From Octopus vulgaris (taxonomy: Eukaryota): a DNA stretch of 64,000 nucleotides. The stretch covers positions 136,772,001-136,836,000 of the forward strand of contig OX597817.1 in the NCBI GenBank assembly GCA_951406725.2, given 5' to 3'. Below are positions 11,710 to 23,199 of this stretch, one piece after another. The translations under genes and the position numbers were made by a program. A model generated the notes under the pieces. That model made no database searches. It saw only the letters and a list, made by a program, of their open reading frames with translations, and was not told the DNA's origin. Position 1 is the first letter of the stretch, and every line of letters begins with the position of its first letter.

Positions 11710-11870
11710 GCTGCTCAAAAAGCTGAAGGGTTCTGGAATTGAGACTTGCATTGTCAACCTGCAGAATATAAGTGCAAACCTTATATTCTGTAAGAGAACC
11801 CTAAGAAAGTTTCTTGAGATTTGAAGAGACATATTTTCACCAAACCTCAAGATTGTACAACCCTGCCAAT
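11710..11870 (+). mobile_element. R4/Dong-like (restriction-like endonuclease) LINE, extreme 3' end
   Basis: Translates GIETCIVNLQNISANLIFCKRTLRKFLEI*, resembling the R4/Dong C-terminus (I..LQKxxLLGTARILRKVL*). Flanked by (AAC/AAT)n and (TAG/TAA)n. Confidence 0.55.
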
Positions 11871-14494
11871 TAAATTAGCATGTAGTAGTAGTGGTAATAA
11901 TATTAAATAGTTTAGTTGTATGCGTTCAACTGTTACAAATAAAAATTAATTTATCAATTTTTTTCCCCAACCGTTCTATTAATCTATCTTCAATTAGATC
12001 AAATTTATTTTAAAATTTATCTGATAAATAACAAATTATAGTCCTGTTTACTGTGTGTATTTTTATGTTACATTAAATTGAATTCTCTTATGAATATAGC
12101 ATCTCACTGAGAAAACATTAATGGAAATACAGTAAATTTGTTATGTAGTAAATATAAATTTAATATTTAATAGCTGTTTCACAACATTTTTCTTGTTAAT
12201 TGAATGAGCTTTTTGGTTATCAATCTTTCAACTCCTTTCCTTCATAAATAGTCAACATTTTTCATTATATGTGGCTTTCACAGTTTTCGTTTCATAAACA
12301 CTAAAATTTTTTTATATATATATATTTTTTTACTCATTATCCTTTGAGAATTTGACACTGTTGTTTCTGCCAACCTGCCCTATTTATAGGAGAAAAAGTT
12401 GTACTGATGTTTAGTACATATCTTTTGAAGGACTGTTGTTTTTTATGTACTTTTTTAATGTTCGGTGCTGCTACAGTGTGTGGCAATGTACTCACTCATA
12501 TTTAGACTAAGTCTCTGCCTGCTGTTTATACATCAGATTCTTGTTTATGGTTTACTCTACTAATTCTCTCCCTTTTCCCTGCACTTTCCCAACCGAAAAA
12601 CATTATTTGTATGGTAAAAACTAGTCAATAGCAAACAGGAAATCACACCTGTGAGAGATGGGACAAGAAAAACAGCATCAAACAAATTTTTTATAAAAAC
12701 AAAGCAAAAAGAAAAACAAAAACATACAAATCACCTTATTTTTGCAGTTTTTGTAAAAGAAGATTTATTTATTTTTTTTTTGTTTTATTTTACTTCACAT
12801 TTCCTCAACCTCTCTCTTTATTTGCTGGCCTCATTTTGTTGTTGTTTTTCTTCATCTCCCTACCACCACCATCATCATCTCATAGAGATGCAATCATTTT
12901 GCTTTCCTTTCATTATTATTTTGTTTTGTTTTTTTTCTTTGTTGATAATGAATTTATTACACGTGAAATTGAAATGCAGCTTTGATAAGCAGAAAACAAT
13001 TGACAGGATTCTATTAGACAGTAATATTTACTTTGGTAAATTGTCTTGCACACTTTAATTTATCAACGGTGATGACGATGCTATTGGTGTGTGTTTATTA
13101 AACTCTCCATTTATCTAATTTAGTTGTTGCATGTCTAATATCAAGTTAAGATGATAGGAACAATCAGTCGATCCATTACTGATATGCGCTTTCTTTTTTT
13201 TATTCTTTAATAATAATAATTAATCTGTTTATTTAATATTCACTATTTTTAGCCAATTTAGTAAGAGTCTTTCATCGAGTCAAAAGAAATTATCAGTAAA
13301 TAAATACAGCAAGGAACTTGCTTTATTTATTGGTAAAATTTCAAGTTGATTTCTTTATGTTTCTTGATAGAAGTGTTTCATTATTATTATTATTATTATT
13401 TGCTAAAATGTTGCTTAATTAGTCTTCTCTTGGTTTAATTTCTTTTATTCTAATGGCACTGGAGTAGTTTACACAAAAGCAAAAACACTTATCATGTGCA
13501 TTTTACAGTCAAAGTATTAAAGGTTACACACTTAGTAAATGATTCAGGTGAAGAGTCAACGGTTGTCACACACACACACACAGCAGCACAAATCACTGCA
13601 ATTGGACCAACAGATATATTAATTACTACATTGTCTCATGTAATAGTGAGAGTGATATCCTCATAACGTCTGTTGCTTTCACTGCGTTTCAACTGTTGTA
13701 CTCTCCAGCCGCCTTCAGGTGTTTTGAAAGCAATTATCAAGATGATGATGACACTCCAGTTAATACATAATATATAAATTCCTCATCTCAGAAATACAGA
13801 ATTGTCTTACTATGTCTCAGTTCACTTTATTGTCAAAGACAGAGGAATGTTTTCCAGCATAGATATTTATCTTCTAAATATTTATATATTTCCTGCTAAG
13901 CATTATCCAATCCAAACGCAGTTCAGCTCACTTATATTTCAATAGGTTTCATGAATTAGAACCCCTCCACACTGCATCATTGATAATATAATTGTTGGAT
14001 ATTTTAGTTTACATTTCACTCCCTACCCTGAGTATATCTTGAAAAATTATTCTCCTGAAATAACAAGAATACCAACAGATCAACCATTCCTGTCAGCATC
14101 TAATTAGAAACAGTCACACAACTAACTCCATATGTTGTACTTGTATAGAAGAAATATTAACTGGTTGATTGAAGTAAAAAGTTTGGCCCCCAAAATAGTT
14201 TAAAGTAGATTTTACAATCTGCAATGCATAAAATATTCAAGGTAGAAAAGAAGTACAGTGTTAATTAAAATGCTTTGAATAATTACTTTGGAAGAGTCAA
14301 TAAGTTTTAATATCTATAGAGGACAGTCACGACATTTTTGGCAACACTGGGTATGAATTCAAACCTTACCATTATTGTATTCTCTTCCCTGTTTGCTTTG
14401 GTTTATGTGGTAGTAATGAAAGCACTCAGCCCCTTATTTCATTGTTGGGCGATTAAGAGCAGGAAGAGTATCCTGCTGTAAAAAGTATTGTTAA

Positions 14495-14683
14495 CTCTTT
14501 AGCATTGAAACTCGCATATCCCAACAGTCGAGATCAAGCTTCTCACACCTACCCTACAACGTCATTTGAAAAACATGATCAAATCAGCAAAATCTCAAAA
14601 CTGCAAGATAAAATGTGATTAATTCAAAGCAATGTGATTAAATAAGTATTAAATTGGACAAAGTAATCTGAATGTTAAGAGGT
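14495..14683. mobile_element. piggyBac-type MITE (second family) inserted into a family D tail
   Basis: TTAA at 14491-14494 and 14684-14687, with degenerate TIRs CTCTTTAGCATT / AATGTTAAGAGG. The flanks join to give the family D tail (AGGAAGAGTATCCTGCTGTAAAAA...CATGGAAAAATGGATGT). Confidence 0.65.
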
Positions 14684-14904
14684 TTAAAGCAGCTCACCAC
14701 ATGGAAAAATGGATGTAAGACTAAAAATAATGTTTAAACTGGTTCAGAAATGAAGGTTGACTGAAATAGTTGAAGCAGTTTTAAGGATTGCCTTTTGAGA
14801 GAAGAAACGTATTTTCTCGTCTCTCAACTAAGCTTTGTTGTCCTCGTTTATTATTTCTGATCAAAGATATTGTGATTGTATTTCTTTTTTCTTTATATTT
14901 TATC

Positions 14905-15250
14905 ATCAAATTATGGCCATGCTGGGGCACTGCCTTGAAGAATTTTAGTCAAATGAATTTGACCCCAGTACAAATTTATTTTTAAAGCCTGGTACTTATT
15001 CTGTCAATCTTTTTTGCTGAACCACTAAGTTATCAGGATATAAACACACCAACACTGGTTGTCAAGTGGTGGTGGAGACACACGCACGTACACACACAGT
15101 GGGCATCTTTCAGTTTCTGTCTACCAAATCCACTGCGAAGGTTTTGGTCAGCCTAAGGCTGTAATATAAGACACTTGCCACGAGTGCCACACAATGGAAC
15201 TGAACCCAGAACCATGTGGTTGGGAAGCAAATTTCTTATCACACAGCCAT
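14905..15250 (-). mobile_element. SINE family B, full-length older copy
   Basis: Both halves present (GGCCATGCTGGGGCACTGCC..GGTACTTATTC..; TTTCAGTTTCTGTCTACCAAATCCACT..GAACCATGTGGTTGGGAAGCAA), separated by a (CA)n spacer. Confidence 0.85.
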
Positions 15251-15769
15251 TCCATATAAGTGCTTTTATGTAAATGCCATTCATATTTATTGACATCATC
15301 TTCCTGCATGTGGCGCTTCATTAATGGTGAAACCTTTCACTTTATGGTTTTCCTATCTTTTGCCATGTCTTTAAAAAAAACTGGAATCATATGCCAAGTT
15401 GATGTCAGCCAGTTTTGTTGTATGTTAGAAGCCTAAACCACACAAAAGCCATTTAGGTTTTACACAAGCTTTGTTATTCTTCTCAACATTGCTTTGTATT
15501 TCTTCATCCTTGCCATTGTAGCAGTTGCCTGTCATGATGACGTGTCATCACTCATCTAGTATGACACCTTTTTGTTTCATTTGATTTGTTGTCTTGCTCT
15601 CCTTTACATTTATTCCTTGGCTTTCTTTTGTTTTCTCTTTAATCACTCATTAATTGTTCTAATTTTTAGGTGTTTTTTATTTCATGTGTCAGATGAGGAC
15701 ACAACCTTCGCAACAATTAATTATTACTGATTGCACCTTTATTTTCATGATTTCATCTCCATTTTATTA

Positions 15770-16177
15770 CTTTACTCTTTACTCTTTTACTTGTTTCAGT
15801 CATTTGACTGTGGCCATGCTGGAGCACCGCCTTTAGTCGAGCAAATCGACCCCGGGACTTATTCTTTGTAAGCCCAGTACTTATTCTATCAGTCTGTTTT
15901 GCCGAACTGCTAAGTGACGGGGACGTAAACACACCAGCATCGGTTGTCAAGCAATGCTAGGGGGACAAACACAGACACACAAACATATACACACACACAT
16001 ATGTATATATATATACATATATACGACAGGCTTCTTTCAGTTTCCGTCTACCAAATCCACTCACAAGGCATTGGTCGGCCCGGGTCTATAGCCGAAGACA
16101 CTTGCCCAAGATGCCACACAGTGGGACTGAACCCGGAACCATGTGGTTGGTTAGCAAGCTACTTACCACACAGCCAC
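15770..16177 (-). mobile_element. SINE family B, full-length young copy
   Basis: tRNA-like head (TGGCTGTGTGG / GGTTCAGTCCC), CCTTGGGCAAG-like core, central (TA/TG) microsatellite, 3' half ending in (GAGTAAA)n. Nearly identical to 44148-44547. Confidence 0.92.
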
Positions 16178-16198
16178 CACCACAATAATAATAATAAT

Positions 16199-16746
16199 GA
16201 ATGCACTGATGCAGTACCAGGCAGTGGCTCTCATGGCTTCTCATCTTAACTGATTGGAAGTGTTATCATGTACATTGTTTTGTCTTGTATAAAAGATGGG
16301 CTACAGCAAATATTCTGCTCACCACCACAGATTTGCTTGTCAGTTGTTTGACCATAACCAGTTGAGCATGTCCTTTAGTGGCTGACGATATGTGCATCTC
16401 TGATCACGAGCAGAAGTAGTGGGGGAGCATCATGTATTGAGAGGAATTCTTTGGGGTTTGGATAATTCACCTCTGGAAACATGAGTGTTTCGTACATTAT
16501 CCTTAAACAGCTCTTATTCAGGAACCTTTTGCGCAGGATGGGCTACTCAACCTGAAGAAAATTCTAGCTGGGCCCCATCTGCAAGGTCATGTGCTGTTAA
16601 TCTTGATTTGAAATCACCATGTCATGCATATATGGTTGTGATGCATGTGCCTAGTGTAACCTTATCAGACAGGTAGTCATGATGGGTATACTGGGCTTCA
16701 TATATTTTACCCCAGTGTCACTTTGATGGCATGCACTACTCTCTCA
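16199..16746 (+). repeat. Family F interspersed repeat, copy 2
   Basis: Homologous to 10154-10670; flanked on both sides by (AAT)n. Confidence 0.9.
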
Positions 16747-16787
16747 ATAATAATAATAATAATGATAATAATAAAAATAAAATAATA

Positions 16788-16995
16788 ATGGTTTCAAATT
16801 TTGCCACAGGGACAGCTATTTTGGGGAGGGGATAAGTCGACTACATTGACCCCAGTGTTTCACTGGTACTTAATTTATTAACCCCAAAAGGATAAAAGGC
16901 AAAGTCGACATCAGCGGAATTTTAGCCCAGAACGTGAGGACTTACGAAATACTGTTGAGCATTTCACCTGGCGTGCTAACGGTTTTGCCAGCTCA
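16788..16995 (-). mobile_element. SINE family A
   Basis: CTGGTACTTAATTTATTAACCCCAAAAGGATAAAAGGCAAAGTCGAC core and the head TGCTAACGGTTTTGCCAGCTC. Confidence 0.85.
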
Positions 16996-17049
16996 CTGCT
17001 GTACTATTACTACTGCTACTAATACTAATGCTAATAATAATGATCTTTA

Positions 17050-18850
17050 TTAGCCTCAAGGTCTCCAAGAAATACGAAAATGTGAAACATTCACCAAGGA
17101 ATAGAAGGAAAGAAATGATAATTGTGGAGGAATGTGAGTGAAAAAAATCTGTTTTCAAATATGGTGGTGGAGATAACAGCCATTGTACAATATGTGGAAG
17201 GGTGTATTAAAACTTTTGGAAGTGCAAACATTCATATGCATTATATGTACCAGTATAGGTACCCATATTTGCTCAGCAATAATGACAAAACAGTATCATA
17301 AAACCCAATAATTTAAAGAAAATAAAGCATAAAAGATTATTGGTTTGGTCCTCCACATCCCTGTTTATTTCACCAGTTTTCAAACTGTTTGAATGCAACC
17401 AAATGCAACAATTTTGAGAAAGTTAGTGTTGAACCACTGATATTTTCTGGATATTCTTTTTTAAACTTGATACAGTATCTTAATTTTATGAGCAGTCTAT
17501 CTTTTGCAGTTATTTATATTCTGAACATAAATGTTTAGGTATCACTACAATTTTGGTTAGTCTGTAGCACCACGGATGCATAACTTTGTCTATTGATTGT
17601 TGGTATTATTTTCAGAGAACAGTGAATTTTAGTTCCTCTTCTTCATCTGAATTCTCTTATTTTTCTGAGGAGAAATTTTGTTCTCACTTATAAAAGAAAT
17701 TGGTTCTTCTTCTTCTTCACTTGTTTCCAGTGTTTAGTGCTTTATTTCTTTTTCTTTCCATACTTTTCTTTGTAATTATTTCTTCTTCAGTGCACTGAGA
17801 TTGTGTGTTATTACAAGCTGGTGCTGCTGTTTGCAGGGTAAGGTCCATCTGTTTGTGAGATCATGGGCCTAATGATATTTCTTTTGCTATCCTTCGAGTT
17901 TTGGATAGTGATGCTCTGGAAACTGTGGTTTGTTCTTTTCGTTGTTGTTGTTGCTTTTATTTTGTATTTAGTTTTCATAGTTCTTTCAGGGCATTCACCT
18001 CTTAGGTGTGTTTTGCTCTAACAAATAAAAAAACTAGGCTCTCTGCTCCATCTCCTCTATCTCACACTCTTTTACTCTGCATAGTTCGAGTATTGCTCTC
18101 TGGCCTTCACCAATTATTAGGACTTGCAAGTTCACTTTTGATGTTCCCTGACCACAGATTACATTTTGTTTCACCTGCTTCAACCACTTCATTATATTGC
18201 ATCATTCAGGTCACTACTGTCCATGGCTCTGCATCATGTTCAGTATCTTATATTGTGGGTCTTGTGTTTCTTTGACCCATGTATTGGGTCAGAGATATAT
18301 AACCAGGGGTATTTCTGACAATTTCAGCCTGTTTTTTGGACTGCTTTTTTCAGTTTCAGAGGTATGGCAATTGGTGTCTTATTCAGTTGAATTTCTCCTA
18401 ATATGTCTTGGAGGGTTTGTTGTACTACTTGGCATGTGAGGAATTTTATTCACTTCCATCTTTTCACAGACAGTGATACCCGTTTTCCCTTCACCTCCTT
18501 CTGAATTATCTCCTATGACAAAGAAATGCAGTTGGGTTTTACAAAATTCCCTCCTCTACATCTCTTTTCATGGAACTGTGGTAGATCCAAAAATTCTGTC
18601 TGTTCATTTGGTATTGAGGCAAGGTTAGTCTTCACACAACTTCTCTATAAACTGACTTCAATGTGTGGAATTTGCAAATGTAAAAGTTGCAAATGTTGTT
18701 GTTACCGTTGCTGTCATCTAAACTATTTGTTTGGATATTTAGGACATCTTCTATTAGCTGCTCACTGTATTGTATATATTTTTCTTCCTCATAGACATTT
18801 AGTCGTGTTTCGTTTCTTTTCTTTTTTTTTTGTTTTTCTTTTAGCCATTG
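17050..18850 (-). mobile_element. Heavily decayed R4/Dong-like LINE, N-terminal region to start of RT
   Basis: Minus-strand LPKVLIHPSTYCTMAVISTTIF (~17155-17220; cf. LIPK..P.NYRPITCLxTxYK) and ITAKDRL (~17495-17515; cf. KQxIxAKxxRL). Riddled with stops; extent uncertain. Confidence 0.4.
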
Positions 18851-19300
18851 AAGTGTCTTGTCTGCAATAATTCATATGTGGCAGGCATTTGGATATGAAG
18901 AAGCAATGGGTGTAGATAAAATTTTAAAACTTCATGAAACAAATGCTTTTTTTTTTCTGTTGCCCAGGCTGTATCATGGGCAGCCCTTTTCTTTGATAAT
19001 TTTAGATTTTTTACATATACTTAAAACACTTGAAGTACTGGAAACACTTGAAATTATTGTGTTTTGAAAAGAGAATAAAAAAAGATGTCTTCATGCTATG
19101 AGAGGCACATGTAATAATAATAATAATGATAAAAATGATGATAATAATAATAATAAAAATGATAATAATAATAATGATTGCTGTTACTGCTACTACTGCT
19201 TTGTCATGCAGTTGAAATGGAAACTACACGAGTATAATATAGTCATGTGTCAAGTCACAACATGGACCTCACATAAATAATAGTTTCCTTAAAATGTGCA

Positions 19301-19520
19301 AAGGCGAGCTGGCAGAATTGTTAGCATGTCAGACAAAATGCTAAGCAGTGGTGCATTCTATCTTTACATTCTTAGTTGAAATGCTGACGAGGTAGACTTT
19401 GCCTTTCATCCTTTTGGAGTTAATGAAATAAGTTCTGATTAAGTACTGGGGATTGATGTAAACTGACTAGCTACCCCCCACCCCAGAATTTCAGGCATTG
19501 TACCTATAGTAGAAAGGACT
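19301..19520 (+). mobile_element. SINE family A
   Basis: AAGGCGAGCTGGCAGAATTGTTAGCATG head; GACTTTGCCTTTCATCCTTTTGGAGTTAATGAAATAAG core; tail CCTATAGTAGAAAGG. A second, deleted copy follows at ~19682-19810. Confidence 0.85.
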
Positions 19521-19681
<161 letters not shown>

Positions 19682-19806
19682 GACAGTGAACTGACACAAT
19701 CATTAGCATATTGGACAAAATGCTTCATGGCCTTTCTTCTAGCACTTCATGTTGTGAGTTCAAACTCTCCTCTTCAATTTTCTGGCTTTGTACAAAAATT
19801 TGAGAC

Positions 19807-19839
<33 letters not shown>

Positions 19840-20269
19840 CATTATTATTATTGTGCTGGTTAAATCTCACTAATATGGTTGTTATAATCACCAGCTAGGA
19901 TTTCAAGATCTACATAATACATTTCTTTTGTTCACAAGTTTTCACACTCTACTAGTATACTATCTACTAAGGCAGCCAAAGATACTGGCCACACTATATA
20001 ATAAATGCTATCACCTATAATTTTGCCATGGCAACCAAGTAACTAGCTATTTTATTAATATTACTAACAGAGAAATGGTTATCAACTGAACATTATAGCG
20101 CCAACCAGTCCAAGAAATAAAGTTACTATGGCACATATGTGTATGTATATCTCAATGTAACGTGTGTGTGTGTGTATAGATATTTATATTGATACACACA
20201 CACACGTAACATAGTGTGTGTGTTTGAATGTGTGTGTATATATAAATGCATACTCCTACATCCTCATCA

Positions 20270-20620
20270 TTTGTATGGTCATTCTTCCATGCATGGTTTG
20301 GACAAGTTCTTCCCAATATAGTGTCTTTCAGTTTGTTAAATTGTTTTGTCATCTCCTGTATGAGGTTCAAATCAGCCTTTCACCACATCTGCCTATGTCT
20401 ACGTTGGTCTTCCCTTTGCAAAGTTTCCTTCAACTTGACCCTTTTAGTACTTCTCTACTCACCTGGTCTCCACTTAACATTACATGTCCAGACTTATGAT
20501 GTCATCTCTGTTCCACTCGTACCCAGTTTGCCTCTCTCCTCATCTCAACCGTGTCATTCATTCACACTTGCATTACAGATTCAGTGAAGCATGCTAGCTT
20601 CATTTCTCTCTCCACGCACA
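20270..20620 (-). mobile_element. Decayed RTE LINE 3' end
   Basis: Minus strand GGGAAGACCAACGTAGACATAGGCAGATGTGGTGAAAGGCTGATTTG (cf. GRPRKTW.EVV..DL), ending in CCAAACCATGCATGGAAGAATGAC..GATGAG. Confidence 0.55.
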
Positions 20621-21741
20621 CACACACACACACGTCATCATCATCAATTTTTAACATCTAGCTTCCATATTGGTGTGGATCGGATGGTGTGGCAGTGTCT
20701 GACAAGTCAGAGACTGCATAATATACCAATGTGTATTTCAGCATGGTGTCTATGGCTGGATGGCTGTCTTAAAACCAACCACTTTACAGTGTATTTGGGG
20801 TGTTTATTTAATGACACCAGTACTCATGATTGTTGCCTCATAACTTGGTTAAGGACCTAAAGTGGACCCTGTATCTGAAAGAACAGAGAATGGGTAATGA
20901 TTGTAGATGGAGAGATGATGGAGGAAGTGGGGAATTTATAGCAAGGAGTCTAGGGAGATGGAAGGATTAGTGACAGGATTGAGGAGGGAGGAGGGTTAAA
21001 ATTGAAAAGGCCACTTGAATCTGATGAGCATAGGTTGCTGTGATGAGCCTATGAAACTTTTAAGTTGTATGAGGCCGAATCAAACTGTTTTAAATAATAA
21101 CTCTTACTAAATGTGATGAGTGCCTCTTTCAATTTATCTACTCACTTGTGTGTGTGTGTGTGTGCGCATATATTATACAGTGCTACCCTTTACTCATGAG
21201 TGAATATGAGTTGCTAGCGTTTAGCATGCTTGCATTAATTGTTTTTTTACAAGGGAGGATAATAAACACCCTCCTCTCCTTGTCTTCACCACTCCTTGCC
21301 AAACCTTCTGGATGTGGCTTGGTCGATAATAATCATTACAGTGGAAGTAGACTGGAACAATATGTAATGAAGTACTTCGCTGAAAGACACAACACATCAT
21401 CCATCCCAGGAACTGAACTGACAGCCTTCCATTGTGAGCTGGGCATCCTAATCAAAAGATACAAAGGGTCTTGTGGTTAGGTTTTGGACTTGATTTCAGA
21501 ATCAAGCAGCACAGTGTGTCCTTCAGCAAGTTACTTAATTTCACCTCAGTGCAGCCCTTTCTTGCTCTGGCTGTCAAGTCCTCAATGTTCCCATGGGTTT
21601 AGAGGGCGGGAGAAAGCTGAAGGTGTTTGTATTTGCTCTTAATCACAGAAACACCTAAATCAATTAGCAAAAGCATGGTGCAGTGTAGTGCATGCTGCCT
21701 AACTCTTACTTGCTCACAAGTGACAACCATGGGTCAGTGGC

Positions 21742-21774
<33 letters not shown>

Positions 21775-22050
21775 TGTAATTGCCTTGCTAACAACATGGT
21801 CTGAGGTAGTGCACTAAAAACTGCAATAATAACACCAGGCAATAACCATTAAAAAAACAAAGAAAAACTGTTAAATTCACTTTTCATTTATTCCTTGGGT
21901 GTCAAAATTTTTATCTTGCAACTGTGAGCTGGTTACTTCAAAATAGATTGAATGAATTTAACAGGTTTTCTTTGGTTTTGTGCTGGAAAGGCAGTTCTAT
22001 GTTATGATTCCTCTCTCTCTCTCACTTTCTCTCTCTCTCTCTCTCTCTCA

Positions 22051-22110
<60 letters not shown>

Positions 22111-22256
22111 GAATTTCTTGTGTAATGAGATAAAAAAACCAAGACTGTATAGATATTAGAGCATTTGTTGATAGAAGAAGGTCTTACAGCTGTTTCTAGA
22201 ATATTAATTAATTAATAATATCCCTTTATTGGAGATGGTGTAAGAGGAAAAGTTAA

Positions 22257-22289
<33 letters not shown>

Positions 22290-22419
22290 CTCCACTTGTG
22301 TGTGTATGTGTGGATACATTCTTTAATTTCTGGTTGTTGTCATGCTGGAGCAACCTTAATTTTGTTTTTAGTGATAGTTTCATATTACTGACCCACCTAT
22401 ATATTAAACTGGTATTCTG

Positions 22420-22695
22420 TTGGCTATGACAGTGAAGGTTTCAGCTGATCCGATCGGAGGAACAGCCTGCTCATGAAATTAACATGCAAGTAGCTGAGCG
22501 CTCCACAGATATGCATAACCTTAATATGGTTTCCAGGGAGATTCAGCATGACACAGTATGTGATGGGGATGGCCCTTTGAATTACAGCTACAACTCATTT
22601 TCGCCAGCTGAGCAGACTGGAGCAATGTGAAATAAAGCATCTTGCTCAAGGACAGAATGCACTGCTGGGAATATCACTAAGCCATGTATCTTCAC
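22420..22695 (-). mobile_element. tRNA-derived SINE family E
   Basis: The minus strand contains GTCCTTGAGCAAGATGCTTTATTTCACATTGCTCCAGTCTGCTCAGCTGGCGAAAATGAGTTGT, the same core as 63369-63630 and 62305-62760. Confidence 0.8.
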
Positions 22696-22934
22696 CCACC
22701 TATATATACACATTAGTACCTTGGTTTTCAAACAACTCTAATCATGAATAAATTATGCTTTATATATATATATATATATATATAGATATAGATATATACA
22801 AAATACAATTTATTTGTGATCAGAGGCATTCATAAAGCAAGGTACTACTGTATTAAATGAATGTGAGAAAAGACAGGAGATAAAGCATGATTTATTGGTA
22901 ATCAGAGTTGTTCAAAAACCGAGGTACTACTGTG

Positions 22935-22966
<32 letters not shown>

Positions 22967-22969
<3 letters not shown>

Positions 22970-23139
22970 AGACTTTACAAAAAAAATAAAACAGAAGACG
23001 AAGGCAGGTGGTGTACAAAACAAACAGATGTATTAGTATAAGGCTCAGGAATAGAAAAAGTCTTTTACATTTCGAGCCTATGCTCACAAAAAACAAGGAG
23101 AGAAAAAATGTGTGTAGTGGCTAACGATCTTTAATGGCT

Positions 23140-23140
<1 letters not shown>
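22967..23140 (-). mobile_element. Short Penelope pLTR-like insert in (TA)n with a degenerate hammerhead
   Basis: ~170 bp non-microsatellite block bounded by (TA)n on both sides. Minus strand GAGC-ATAG-GCTC-GAAA-TGTA (stem II + GAAA + stem III/GUA). Confidence 0.55.

Positions 23141-23199
<59 letters not shown>

Noticed and set aside
21802-21825. TGAGGTAGT let-7-like seed
   Set aside because: Only 9 nt match; the rest differs from let-7 and no precursor hairpin is evident.
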